Assembly (NCBI GenBank): GCA_024704765.1
Contig: JAKMXF010000350.1
Span: 1-38,912, forward strand
Direction: 5' to 3'
From: Oopsacas minuta
Taxonomy: Eukaryota > Animalia > Porifera
DNA length: 38,912 nt
Below are positions 21,408-32,995 of the stretch, one piece after another; positions within the stretch are counted from its first letter, which is position 1; each line of letters begins with the position of its first letter. Both the position numbers and the translations under genes were made by a program. Under the pieces are notes generated by a model, which was not told the DNA's origin, searched no databases, and worked only from the letters and a program-made list of their open reading frames with translations.

Positions 21408-21592
21408 TGTACCAGGCTATAGGCGTAGCGGCGGGGGTCCTGACCCCTCCACAATATAATGAAATTTCGATCATACTACTGAAAATATTTGAAAACGATA
21501 TATATTGACAAGCTGTTTCCCCCCTCTAAATTCTGCTCGCCCTCCTCAAAAATTATTTTGCTGCTACGCCCATAGCTGTACACGTCGCTCTT
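21408..21592. mobile_element. About 185-bp MITE with 19-bp TIRs: caggctataggcgtagcggc / gctgctacgcccatagctg.
   Basis: The reverse complement of the right end (cagctatgggcgtagcagc) matches the left end at 17/19. Confidence 0.55.
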
Positions 21593-22109
21593 CCACTCCT
21601 CACAAATGTCTATTATTTTTATTGTATAATGACTTGACTCTAAATCTAATTATAAGTATGTAAAGATATTCACCTTTAAGCTCTAAACGTTTTAAGTCAA
21701 GTATATGCCCCTTTAGGCATGTTCTCGGTTCTACAAGTAAGTAATTACAGACAATGATGCCAATGGAAATTTTGAAAAAAGTAAAATTGTCAGTTAAAAA
21801 TGTCACTAAAGTTCGAAACTTATGTCAACTAACGAGGGTAAATTTTTATAATAGGTTAAATATTCCAAGTCCTTGGGAACTTAATCATACGGTTGGGAAA
21901 CTCTTATTCTTTAGCAACTACTTTCCAACGTTGAATATGTTTTGCTTCGATATTAAATCCGAGTTCTACTGTAGTTCGATTTTCGTGTAGGTGTTACCAT
22001 TCGAGTAAATACGGTAAAATTAGTATTATCTCTCACTTCTATAATTTCTATTCTCTTTCCTCAGAGTATCCTCTAGCATCCTGTAGCCTGTAGATAATTT
22101 TGATTAATT

Positions 22110-23081
22110 ATGGACTGTTCTTTCACATCACGGAGGGCTCTCAACCCTGAGCTACACCTAGACACTAACAAAATCCCGAGCATTAATATACACAGGAACC
22201 ATTCTATACCTCACTCTATAGATATCCCTCTCGTATCCTACAAAGAATTACCTGATCACATGACATGGCTAACTGACAATCCATTCCTTCGAAACTATTA
22301 TCGTAAACCTACCAACTCCTTCCTCACCTGTGTATCTTCTAACTTCTCACATTTACACACAGAATCACTTAACATACTCACCCATCTAATCCCTACTCTA
22401 CTAGCAGTGTATGCTATCTTACACTTGCTGCTGTACAAGCAACCCTTATCAATACTCTCTCATAGTATAGAATGGGAATACACTAGTAGCATGGATAGAC
22501 TAGTCCTGTGTCTGGTGTTAGTTGGTATATTATCTTGCATGGGACTGTCTACACTTTATCACACATTCAGTTGTCATGAGGTGTATGGGGGACATTTCCT
22601 ATCAGCTGATCTAGTGGGTATAGTCCTGTTTGGTTATAGTATAACACAAGCTACTGAATATTTCATTTTCTACTTACACTCGAATATTTTCATATGTTCA
22701 GTAATCTCAAATCTATTTTTCACAGTGATTTGTATTTTCCTTATTAAAACAGATACATTTTCTAGACCTGAGAATAAATGGCATAGATGTGGTCTATTCT
22801 TCTTCTACGGTGTGTTTATATTCACCCCTCCACTGTTTTGTCTCACTCTTAGGCTTGGAGTACAAATTGATTTATTCACTTATTTTATGTATTGTTTTGC
22901 TAACCTGATAGCTATTGGAGGTGCTGTATTATACTCATTTAAGTTCCCTGAGAGTTATGCTCCAGGTGTTTATGATATCTGGGGACAGAGTCACACAACA
23001 ATGCATGTCACTTCTGCTATTTCTGCATTTTTCCTGTATCAGGCTATTCTACAGACAGCCGAGTTTGCTATCCAACTGTAG
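22110..23081 (+). CDS. PAQR (progestin and adipoQ receptor / hemolysin-III) family 7-TM protein, 323 aa, single exon.
   Basis: True ATG. N-terminal PAQR motif region: LRNYYRKPTNSFLTCVSSNFSHLHTESLNILTHLIP. A His-rich motif in TM2-3: HTFSCHEVYGGHF. C-terminal motif: WGQSHTTMHV. Seven hydrophobic segments. Confidence 0.75.
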   Translation: MDCSFTSRRALNPELHLDTNKIPSINIHRNHSIPHSIDIPLVSYKELPDHMTWLTDNPFLRNYYRKPTNSFLTCVSSNFSHLHTESLNILTHLIPTLLAVYAILHLLLYKQPLSILSHSIEWEYTSSMDRLVLCLVLVGILSCMGLSTLYHTFSCHEVYGGHFLSADLVGIVLFGYSITQATEYFIFYLHSNIFICSVISNLFFTVICIFLIKTDTFSRPENKWHRCGLFFFYGVFIFTPPLFCLTLRLGVQIDLFTYFMYCFANLIAIGGAVLYSFKFPESYAPGVYDIWGQSHTTMHVTSAISAFFLYQAILQTAEFAIQL

Positions 23082-23468
23082 TAGGCTCTAATATGTGTTA
23101 ACTGATAGTTTATTTTATTCTTTGTTTGTATTCCAATTGTGTTCATATTGTTAGTTCATTATTAATATTTTTATTTTGTAAACAGTTTATTTATTCAATA
23201 AAAAACAATTTACCATGGCCATATACAGTGTAACCTCCACAAACGGGATGTCAGGGACAAATTGTTAGTTCTTGTTTCACCGTTCCTGCCAAATCTCCCG
23301 TATTGTGGAGGTCCATTTGGAAGGGACTAGTAATTCACTCCGATTCTAGAAGTGCCCCGTTAGGGGAGGTTTCGCTGAAATTAATAACAACTTTGTTCAT
23401 GTATAAGACTTTTCAACACAAATCATCTTACAACTGAGAAGAAATTATTTAAATTCTTCACACCAAAT

Positions 23469-24287
23469 ATGGTATCCAACATAATCTACAGAGCTATCCC
23501 GTTCCCGGTAGAAGAAGTTCTGACAGACAGTCTCCCTGACAACGATACATTCCATCAATATTCTTCCCAATTACTCGTACAAGCAGATCGCCCTACAGAC
23601 TCTATCCCTCTAGACGATCTATCTATCTGTAATCTCTCCACTGAGAGTTTGACTTCAGAGATTGCATACGTGTGTATTGATTCCTCTGATTCTCTGGAAA
23701 AAGAGGCTCCTAGCAATGTAGTAAACTTGAATAAGAGGAAAGCTAAACCTAAGAGGGTGAAGAAGCAGTTGAATTGTAATACAATAGATCCCATCAAGAG
23801 AGTTCCACTTGATGTTGTATACGGGAATTCTCTATTAGAGAACACCATGGATATTAAACCAAACAGTAATTCTACTGAAAAGGATAAAGAGACTCCTGTG
23901 TTTCTCTCTGTCACAGATATGATTGATTTTGAGCAGCATAGCAAGCCAGACAACAGTTTGCGTAAAAAGAATGTATCAAATTCTAATAAACAGAAGAGAA
24001 TGTTTGAGCAGAAAAAAGTTCAAAATGGCAAATCTTCACGAACACCAAATCCGAAATTGATTCTTGGAAATTCAATCAACTTCAATAACAATCTACACAA
24101 ACCGGAATACAGTAAATTTACTCGTATAGCTAGATTACGAATACGAAGACTATCTTTGAAGACACCAGAACTAAAATTGCAAAAACTAGTTATATGTAGA
24201 CATTCAAATTATAATTGCTCAGAATTTAAGCGCCGTGTACCAATGCTAAACCTCAAGCGAGTCTTACAACTATCTTCACCATATTAG
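23469..24287 (+). CDS. Hypothetical 272-aa protein, Ser/Asn/Lys-rich, with a basic NLS-like stretch KRKAKPKRVKKQ. Single exon, no recognisable domain.
   Basis: Long ORF with a true ATG in an otherwise ORF-poor AT-rich context. Composition bias could also yield a spurious ORF. Confidence 0.35.
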   Translation: MVSNIIYRAIPFPVEEVLTDSLPDNDTFHQYSSQLLVQADRPTDSIPLDDLSICNLSTESLTSEIAYVCIDSSDSLEKEAPSNVVNLNKRKAKPKRVKKQLNCNTIDPIKRVPLDVVYGNSLLENTMDIKPNSNSTEKDKETPVFLSVTDMIDFEQHSKPDNSLRKKNVSNSNKQKRMFEQKKVQNGKSSRTPNPKLILGNSINFNNNLHKPEYSKFTRIARLRIRRLSLKTPELKLQKLVICRHSNYNCSEFKRRVPMLNLKRVLQLSSPY

Positions 24288-24960
24288 ACTGCCTTATTTC
24301 TTTGTACTGTTTGCATATCTATGTATTTGATAGATTAATCTATACGCACCGACCACTTCTATGAGATTATTACAGCGATTAATAGAATTGTATAGCCCTT
24401 AATGCTAAATGCATTTCTATTAAGTTCATCCTCCTAGAGCTTGACTACTGTGTTTCTTAATTTTTGATTGTATTCATTAACTTCATTTATAATAAATAGC
24501 AAACAATACTTCACCTTCTGGACTCTAATTTATAGTGCAGCTCCTATAGAGATGCCCTAATGGCATGGATGATGTCCGTACTTCCATTCGCGCGGCGGGC
24601 GAAATCTAGCAGTCCAAGTTACATGAAAATTGGTACACATTTATATTTTGGGTTGGAGATTTGCACCCTCGGCTATAAATTTTTTCACATTATTTGCTGA
24701 TTTTCTAAAATGATGCTAGAGATTCCGTTTCATCTGCTAGAGGGATAATCGAGTATGTAGTTTTAAATTTCACACTTCAAATCTACATCAACATGAGTTA
24801 TCATATGATTACTCATATTTTCACACCTTTTGCATATTTTTGTCAATAAAATCTGCTAGAAATTCTTTTCAACCTCTAGTTAGGGAATTTAGATTCCAAT
24901 TTTTTCATTTTCAAACTAAATCTCAAAGATTTAATTATTATTACTGTAATCTTATTTTAA

Positions 24961-25395
24961 TTTTTTAATATTCGAGCCTTTGGCTCGTCGCTTCGCGATG
25001 AACTCGGCGCATTGCGCCTCGAGGTATTCAACGGACAAACAAACAGACAAACAACAATTGAGATGTAATAATATTGATGTTGTTTATAATATTCAGACTC
25101 AGCATACTCGATTACCAGTATAGTCGTTAAAAGTATGATTCTACCTCAATATTGAAATTTGTTTACTTTATATTCATAAAAACAATAATAAATTTACATA
25201 TGATTAATCCAAAAGTGTGAAAATCGGATTCAGCATGTTCGATATATTTAGTGAAGTTTTATTGAATTCTTATTACTTCCTTGATAAACACGATAAATAC
25301 ATAGTTATGCTACAATTTCATAATTGCATACCGTAAATCCTTTCCTCGCCAACTGACAAACAAACAAGCAGACAACAATTGAGATTTAATAATAT
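24961..25395 (+). repeat. Second copy of the composite mariner-like left end (ttcgagcctttggctcgtcgcttcgcgatgaactcggcgcattgcgcctcgagg … gtttactttatattcataaaaacaataataaatttacatatgattaatccaaaagtgtgaaaatcgg…).
   Basis: Matches 9841-9912 and 10081-10310 respectively. Contains the recurring caacaattgagat(t/g)taataat subunit three times. Confidence 0.6.
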
Positions 25396-26294
25396 AGATT
25401 TTGCTGCTAATGATGTTAAATAAATATTTAGTTCAATAGTTAGACAGCCGGTAATTGCAAGATAATTATTGGAATCTTCACCATAGGATTTGAGGATAAA
25501 ACAGAACAGTAGGGGACTAATAAGATTGACAAACAAATAACCCTGGGCTGCACTACCAGTCTGTCGGCTGGATTGTATTAAAATTACTGTACTCACTGCA
25601 CTATAGTTCAGAAATATGAGGAATCTCTTTAGTATATATTGACTAAAACTATTTTCCCCATAGGATTTGGCTTAGTAAGGAAATTTTCTACATTTTTGTT
25701 CCTGTAACGATTTTCGAGATCTTTTAATCTGTAAACTTAGTGGCGTAACAAAATGTAAATATTGGGGGGCAGATCACATTAAATGTGGGGGGGGGTAATT
25801 GGATCTTTCATTATGCCTGTCTTTTGGCCTTGGAATATTAAATTCCAAAGTACAAGCGAGCGAGCAGAACTTTGGAGGTTCAAGAGCTCGAGAAATGTAT
25901 GGAATGTTCCCTGCATCTAGGGATTTGATTGACAAGAGTTGGAAAATATGCCTTCATTATTAATTATTCAGTATCCAAATGGTGCACTAAATAGTGATCA
26001 TTCCAGCTAACCATCCACAGATCCTTCTCTAGCATAATTAATGTATTCCTTATACTCTGTAGATTTGGCCAATCGTTTCCGTTATAAACGATTATTAACG
26101 ATTATAAGCGTTTAAGATAACTCATTTGTAAGCAGATATGACCTACAGGGTGGCCACGGGAAATCGACTAATTGTATATTACCATAACTTCCTTTGGTTA
26201 ATTCCTTTGTACTTTAACTCATACTGGAGCTGAAACTCTGCTATTTTGTTTTCTACTAACGACTACATCGCTAGGAAGCAAAGTCAAGACTCAC

Positions 26295-26560
26295 TAGAGA
26301 TTAACTAACTAAGGTTGTTATGTAGTATCATGGAAACCGAAAAAACTATCTTGAAAACGCAGCGAGTATTTAAGAGGAAATTTGATAGATAAGCGCTCCA
26401 AATCCTAAAATCATTATCCAGAGATTGAAGAGATTCGAGGAGAAGGGTCAGTGGATTAAGAAGGATGAAAGTGGCTAGATTGGGGAAAGTGACGGAAAAA
26501 GTGTTGGTGTAGTTACAAAGAGTAATCCTCTTAGTATATACGTGGCTGGATTGAACATGT
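26295..26560 (+). mobile_element. Tc1/mariner/pogo-type transposase N-terminal HTH remnant (…IIQRLKRFEEKGQWIKKDESG*…), broken by stops and frameshifts.
   Basis: RLKRFEEKGQ.IKKDESG resembles the mariner fketGsv.dk.rSGRP motif. It is followed by the gggaatgggatgggaatt repeat shared with 21160-21310. Confidence 0.4.
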
Positions 26561-27811
26561 TACAGGTTGCCGTGGGAGTAGGAATGTATATTTACGATAA
26601 AGTTATCTCATAATAATGATAGTGTTAATAGCATATTTAGAAAAATAACTGTAGGTAACATCGAGAGACGTTCCATGAGGGCTCCTTGGGTACAACCCAT
26701 GGCGATTCCCACAGGATTCCTATGGGAATGGGATGGGAATTAAAATTCTATTCCCTAAATAGAACCCTATAATATATATTGTTCAATTATTGATAATATG
26801 TCAGGGTTGCATAAATTATCAACAATTGAATAATATATAGTATAGGGTTCTATATATTAGGTTAACAAAATTTATGAAATGTCTAACATAATTGGTGAAA
26901 AGTATTTTGCTATGTAATCTACGCTGAGTATTACATATCATTATACTTCTTTGATTAATTAAAGATGTAGAATACCAATCTATTCACTTAAATGATTATA
27001 TAGCAGGAAATCGCAAAATGGGACACCCCTAACCAGGTAAAAACCTCCCAAACCGGAGCACCTCTCAGATTTTGAGTTTTCGGTACATAAATCACTGCAG
27101 TACATAGTATCTACTGTACTGTAACTCTGTAAGTACTGTCCAGATGGGTTATTACTAAATTGTTTAATTAACACTGTCAGATTTGTTATACTTATTCTAT
27201 ATCAAATTTTTTGACTTTTCACTAGTTTTGGTCAAGGAAAATCTGTTAGAAATATAAATAATTTTGTTAGAGATTGCATCAATTCTGTTAATCTAATAAT
27301 TATCAACGTATCTAGCATGTAATATAAATATCAAATCGTGTATTTATTATGCTTTTTAACGAATTATGCTATCTATGATCGTTTCTAAGTGAGACCAGAT
27401 ATAACTCAGCATGCTTCCCGTAGCTCACTCTCTATATTTTATAGTTTGAAATATATGCAACGTCCCGTTGGCCTGTGTCGAAAATCAGAGAAATTTTTTT
27501 ACTGAGAGAGTCGTAAAGCTTTGAAATGAACTTCCTGATAGTGTTGTCTCAGCTGCATCGTAGTCCACATTCAAAGGGAGACTTATTTTGGACTAACAAG
27601 CACAAATTACAATCGCATTGTGTTCTTGTAAAAAAAGAGACGGGTAATCTGTCCTCATACCTTAAATATTCTATTTTTCTTTTCATTCTTTCAGGATTCT
27701 CTTTGTATAATTGTGTTTATTAGTTTTTTTTTCAGTTCTAGTCTTATTCATTTTACAAGTCAGTCAGCTTTTCCTAGTTAGTATTTTAGCTCAAATTTTG
27801 GAATTTATTTA

Positions 27812-27845
27812 ATTCCTTCATTTATTTATTTATTTATTTATTTAC
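27812..27845. repeat. Microsatellite (ATTT)n, 6-7 units.
   Basis: ttcatttatttatttatttatttatttact. Confidence 0.9.
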
Positions 27846-28196
27846 TTTTTCAAGTTTTATATTGCTAATAAATATTATATTAATCCGCATGGTTTTTCCC
27901 AAGCCGCTTACTAATTTTACAATTGTATGTATATTGTTAGTAATCTGCAGAACTTTGCAGTGGAACTTATGCTGATTACCAACAATAGACTCTGATAACA
28001 AATTTCCCACCTAATATTCCAGCAATTTCTATAGTACAATTTAATAGCTGTCAAATATACTAAATGTGATCATTACAGTAGAATGTTAGAGAATAAAATT
28101 AGGAGCATTACGGCCTAACAATAGAAATAGTACAATAATACTGTCCAATAATTCAATGTTAAAAACTACTAGCATTCTAGTGGTAACTATAAGGTG

Positions 28197-29048
28197 TTAG
28201 TTTAAGTAAGGAATTATGTATTTCCGGATAACATCCACGTCTTCATGCCAGTATGTATGGAAAATGTTTGGTACAGTAACGTTTACAGTTTTGTTCTGCT
28301 CAAATAAAGTTCTAAGTCCAAATGTATCATTTTTGTAGAAATCCATCTGTTCCATAGGAAGTACTTTTTCTTTGTTATTGAAGAATCCGAATTGACTTGA
28401 TTGCCAAGGTTTAATAACCTCGTCATTAGGTCCCCCTATCATAACCAGTTTCTTTAGTTTGAGGAAGTTATTCTTCCAATCAGGGTTGGTAGGATACGTC
28501 AGTGGAGCTAGGAAATTACATTTTTCTCTGTAACGGTCTTCCTTGATAGGATCATGCCAGTATCCGCCTACAGATATATCCTGACCTGCTCTTGAATAAA
28601 AAAGGTCTGTTAGCCATTCTAATGTTGCATTCGGCCAATACTTCTGGTAAATGATTGGAAACCCAAACTCCCCATTTAGAGGCGCAGAGAGCGAAATAAA
28701 CGTATCAATGTTGTGATTATTCGTTGTCTGAATGAGAGCCCTGCCTATCATACCTCCCTGTGAGAACCCAATAAAGTTAGTAGAGTTTGAGCTAGACATT
28801 ATCTCCTTTAGATGCTTTCTTATCCAGTATACCTGATCCCACATCTTGAATAGACTTACATCATTGTTAAACATATCAACTTTGTATACTTCAGTTCCTG
28901 GATGAGCATCTTTAATCATAGTTTCTAGTGTATTCATTGTGTCAGGTCCGTCAAATATCCCGTGCATGAGTACAACAGGAGAATAGCAGTGAGTTCTTAA
29001 GCATAGAAGTAAATAGATGATGCAGATGTGTATAGGACCTCGCTTCAT
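28197..29048 (-). CDS. PPT2: Palmitoyl-protein thioesterase, PPT2-like (alpha/beta hydrolase, lysosomal), about 283 aa with a signal peptide, single exon.
   Basis: True ATG at 29048 (the ORF track begins at TTG 29081). MKRGPIHICIIYLLLCL signal. PVVLMHGIFDG, FIGFSQGGMIGRALIQ (GxSxG nucleophile), ISVGGYWHDP, KNNFLKLKKLVMIGGPNDEVIKPWQSSQFGFF, FGLRTLFEQNK match PPT2 block by block. Confidence 0.8.
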   Translation of the reverse strand: MKRGPIHICIIYLLLCLRTHCYSPVVLMHGIFDGPDTMNTLETMIKDAHPGTEVYKVDMFNNDVSLFKMWDQVYWIRKHLKEIMSSSNSTNFIGFSQGGMIGRALIQTTNNHNIDTFISLSAPLNGEFGFPIIYQKYWPNATLEWLTDLFYSRAGQDISVGGYWHDPIKEDRYREKCNFLAPLTYPTNPDWKNNFLKLKKLVMIGGPNDEVIKPWQSSQFGFFNNKEKVLPMEQMDFYKNDTFGLRTLFEQNKTVNVTVPNIFHTYWHEDVDVIRKYIIPYLN

Positions 29049-30140
29049 GTTAACTGAATTAATACTAGAACAAATATTCAATTAAATAATCTTATTTGTA
29101 GACAGTTTATGAACTAAATAGAACCTAATACAAAATTTTGTATACCGATAAAAAGCCTTTTCAATAATTGGGAAATGACCTGGGTCAACACTACAGAACA
29201 ATTTAGAGAATCAGTGGAATAATATCTGAATGTAGTGTTACTAGTATGATATTTATTTTGCATTTCCATTTTCTGATGGTGGACCTTGTGAAAAATGCTG
29301 ATAACATTGCATTATTTAAGACATCATCGCATTCTTGTATCGTGGAATAGGGTGTATCTCGAAATTTTCGTTAGAATTATTTTTCGTAGTTTGAGAGTGC
29401 CCACGAAAAATACACTTGAATCGGAGTAACTTTAAATATTTCAGTTGTTAGAAAGTATTGATTTCGTTTTTGTATTATCCTGGCTTACACAAACCACGAA
29501 ATAATTTGACAACGAATTTTTCAAAATTCGCTATGTTAGAATCATTTCGGAAACATTCTAAAAGTTTGTAGTCAAGTCAAGTGGATAGCTAAGTGGTTCT
29601 CCTGTAATAACAATGTCAAACACAACAATTAATGTTTGTTAAATCTCGTTAAATAATGTCAGGTTTACTAAGAGTTGAGATAAGTGATCACCAGCTGGTA
29701 CCAGCACATGTTACTCCAATGTCAATTTTAGATGATTTTTTGATTAATGTCTGAATTATATTATTTACTGATAAATTTCTAATTCTGTAATACGAGAATG
29801 AATCCAGTATTTGTATGTTGAGAAGACATTACTCAACGAATTTAATTCATATCTATGCATATACATTCGGTTATATACAATAGTAGAACTCTAATTCACT
29901 GAAGCTCGCTAAACTCCCTCTGTAGTACTTGATATAATTCTCATGCTAAGGTAATTAATAGGCTAGAGACCTTATTGTTGTATTATTTAGGTGAGATAAG
30001 AATTTGAGAAATAATCAGCTCTTTTGATGGAGATAATATAAATTCTTGCTATGAATAGCTACTTAATTGTATTGAAGAAAATGCGGTTTAAGTTATTTAA
30101 AATTTAATTTATATCCAAGTAAATATTACGATAACTCTTA

Positions 30141-30492
30141 ATGGCTGACGAACGAATGGAAGAGAGAAGAAAGTTTATATTTGCCTTCAAAGAATCCTTG
30201 CTATGTCTGGAGGATGAGGGAGACAGAGCAGATATAATGCGATCTCTCAAAGAATTCCAAACTACAATGATAGTTGAAGATCTGGTGGATTCATTGAAAC
30301 GAGTATTAATCAATCCACAGAGCCTTACAGTATACGTAACTCTATATCCATTGATACCTGGCAGACTCAGAGCTGAGTACAGAACTCTTATTCCTAAAGT
30401 ACCAACTTTTGCTGTAAAGATTATCAGGATACGGAGGAATGGAACTGAGGCTCTTGGGTTCACTGTAAGAGGAGGGAGAGAACACCAACTAG
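30141..30492 (+). CDS. USH1C: Harmonin (USH1C)-like gene, exon 1: N-terminal harmonin-homology domain plus the start of PDZ1 (…KIIRIRRNGTEALGFTVRGGREHQLG). Donor gtaact at 30493.
   Basis: MADERMEERRKFIFAFKESLLCLEDEGDRADIMRSLKEFQTTMIVEDLVDSLKRVLINPQS…PLIPGRLRAEY resembles the harmonin N-domain. The exon ends in phase 1. Confidence 0.7.
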
Positions 30493-30567
30493 GTAACTAC
30501 ACCCTCCTTAAGCCAGAATAATAATATTTATTAAACGATCTTAATGACAATATATTGTTAGTTCAAC

Positions 30568-30660
30568 TACATCATTGGTTCTCAACCTTTTTTCTTCCGC
30601 GGACCCCCTGCCAATAGACATGACGATCACATTTTAGGGCCGCGGACCCCAGGTTGAGAA
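30568..30660. mobile_element. About 80-bp MITE in harmonin intron 1 with 13-bp TIRs (tggttctcaacc… / …ggttgagaacca) and a perfect 11-bp target-site duplication AACTACATCAT.
   Basis: Left caACTACATCATtggttctcaacc; right ggttgagaaccactgAACTACATCATatttt. An internal direct repeat ccgcggacccc occurs twice. Confidence 0.65.
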
Positions 30661-31028
30661 CCACTGAACTACATCATATTTTATCAATTCGTAGTTTGAA
30701 AGTTGAAACAGGATAATACTTTACGTAACTAATATATTTGCAATAATGTGGTGAATATTTTTCAGAATAGATAATTTGAAATTAGGATTTACAGTGGAGT
30801 TTGCCTATTACTTATTAGCAACTTGGGTTATGTTTTCAAACAGCTGCTAATATGGAACATAAATAGTACACAATCTACACTTGGGACCAAAATGGACTAA
30901 TAGAAAATAATGCTATTACACGAGTTAATAATAAGTGACCTCTACTGTATTTCTCAGAGAATTATTACAATAGATACAGTGACTAATTCTCCATTACAAC
31001 TACACCTTCATTTATTTTTACATCTCAG

Positions 31029-31199
31029 GTATATTCATCACTAACGTGCTACCTGACTCACGAGCTCACAAATCAGGTCTCAAACCAGGCTACCAAATCC
31101 TCAAAATAAACGCTTTTCCTCTGAAAGAGTCTACTCATGAAGAAGCTGTTAGTCTCCTCACACTCAAGAGAGCTTATATTCTCACTTGTAAAGATATAG
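31029..31199 (+). CDS. USH1C: Harmonin-like exon 2, the rest of PDZ1 (GIFITNVLPDSRAHKSGLKPGYQILKINAFPLKESTHEEAVSLLTLKRAYILTCKDIG).
   Basis: Acceptor ag at 31027-28, donor gtaaat at 31200. The phase 1 -> 1 is consistent with exon 1. Close match to harmonin PDZ1 ([58 protein letters not shown]). Confidence 0.7.
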
Positions 31200-31350
31200 G
31201 TAAATTATAACCAAATGGTACTTATTAGTGCTTGCTTTGTTGGGTATTTCAAGAAACTTTACTGTACATACTTACTAATAAATTGAATAGTTTATTGAAG
31301 GGATGTATTTTCCTGTAATTAACTCTTGTTACAATAAATATTTTGTATAG

Positions 31351-31515
31351 GAATGATCCCTGAGATTCGGAGGAATATGGTTAATTGGACGTATGCTGCT
31401 GACATGGAATCAGCTTCTATATCTAGATCACTCGAAGTCACTTCTCCTTTTCAGACAGGCATAAGGACGATACACTGCAAACTAGAAGGAGGAAGTTTCG
31501 GGTGTAGCATCAAAG
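31351..31515 (+). CDS. USH1C: Harmonin-like exon 3, the inter-PDZ linker and start of PDZ2 (…GIRTIHCKLEGGSFGCSIKG).
   Basis: Acceptor tatag at 31350, a weak donor gttcat at 31516. Phases are consistent. SFGCSIKG matches LGCSISSG of harmonin PDZ2. Confidence 0.6.
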
Positions 31516-31886
31516 GTTCATTAGTATACATCCTAGTATTTAATACCTTTTGTAATTCAGTAGAGTATCAGTATTCTATTGGATAATTGTCTACCCATAC
31601 ATGTACTTATACTTCCATAAATGGGTATTATAAAATACTCTTGGAACACCTTGTAATATGCCAACTGGTGGAAACCTGAAGTTAAGAAATAATACAGTAG
31701 AACTCGGAAAATATGAACTCCGTTAGGAAACTAAAATAGCATCTACTATCCGAGTGAATGTCTTAACCAAATAGGGATTATAGTAAAAATTTAGAATCAA
31801 TAAGATTACATTCATTTGGGTTGGAATAGTTAGTAGGTTTTATCCAAGTTCTACAGTATTTATATTTGATAACAGATATACTCTAG

Positions 31887-31963
31887 GAGGGACTCAACAT
31901 GGCACTGGAATATTTATCCATAAAATAACTCCAAACTCGAAAGCAGAACAGCTCGGACTACAG
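31887..31963 (+). CDS. USH1C: Harmonin-like exon 4, PDZ2 middle (GGTQHGTGIFIHKITPNSKAEQLGLQ).
   Basis: Acceptor ctctag at 31886, donor gttaga at 31964. Matches harmonin [24 protein letters not shown]. Confidence 0.65.
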
Positions 31964-32848
31964 GTTAGAAATATCCATTGCCTAATAAAATACGGCTATA
32001 CTGCATGCTGCTGAATCAGTAAAAATAAGAGTCCAGTTTATAAATTTCATAAAAGAAAAATTATTCCTCCAATGTTTGCGAATTGAACTTTTTTAGAGAA
32101 AAAAGTCCAAAGAATCAATTTTGAGTGATTAAAAAGTTCAAACCGCCATCCTTCATCTAGTTTAGGCGGAATTATGCGATGACGTTAGCATTTATACAAT
32201 TATAGTATTTCTCAACTTTTTGTGTGGAAAAAAGACACAAGCTGTCCTAATTGATGCAAGGATGTTTGATTTTGTTCATTTACTTAACTATTAAGATAAA
32301 TCCAAGTTAGACGATAGTTTATTGGAAGAAAGATTACACAATTTATACCTTAAACATGAAAAATAATATTTAATGAAAATCTATTTTGAATTAATCGAAA
32401 AAAACATATGATGACGGGGTAAGAAATTGATTTTAAAGCAAATGTTCTGAATATTTATACAGCCTGTATGGGAAGGTATTATTCCAAAGAAATATGAAAA
32501 TTACAGAACTACAAAATTATCATTTTTGAATTGAGTATGGCTGTTTGAACTTTTTAACTAACCTAATTGATTCCTGAGATTAATTTACCCTAAAATATTC
32601 AATTCGCAAATATTGGATTAGTCTATTTCCTTTAATTATATTTATAACACTGGACTCTTATTTTTCATTATGATTCGGCAGCATGTGTTTTAGTAGGCCA
32701 TGCAATATCTTATTATCACAGAAAATCCCAATGGATAAAGTTTGTGATCCCAATAATATAAAATTCTCTAGTATTTGTATGTATTAAATTCTTAACGCTT
32801 TATATGGGGTTACTATAAGCCCAATATAACTATTATTCATTATTTTAG

Positions 32849-32995
32849 ATAGGAGATGAGGTTATAGAAGTGAATGGGAAAAGCTTTTCAAATATAACTC
32901 ATATAGAAGCTGTACATTTTTTGAAGAAACAAGATAATCTTATTATCAAACTGAAACCTGGGAATGTTATGTTTCACAATCGACCAGAAAGCACT
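32849..32995 (+). CDS. USH1C: Harmonin-like exon 5, PDZ2 end (IGDEVIEVNGKSFSNITHIEAVHFLKKQDNLIIKLKPGNVMFHNRPEST).
   Basis: Acceptor tattttag at 32848, canonical donor gtaagt at 32996. Matches harmonin [36 protein letters not shown]. Confidence 0.7.

Noticed and set aside
1649-29081. Start codons of ORF-track entries 1649..2290, 3249..3575, 9034..9411, 11559.., 15426.. and 28197..29081
   Set aside because: The reported 'M' is TTG in each case (checked on the sequence). The ORF finder evidently allows alternative starts. Real starts were moved to the first ATG where one exists (11568, 29048, 3551). Otherwise the ORFs are treated as continuations of upstream segments.
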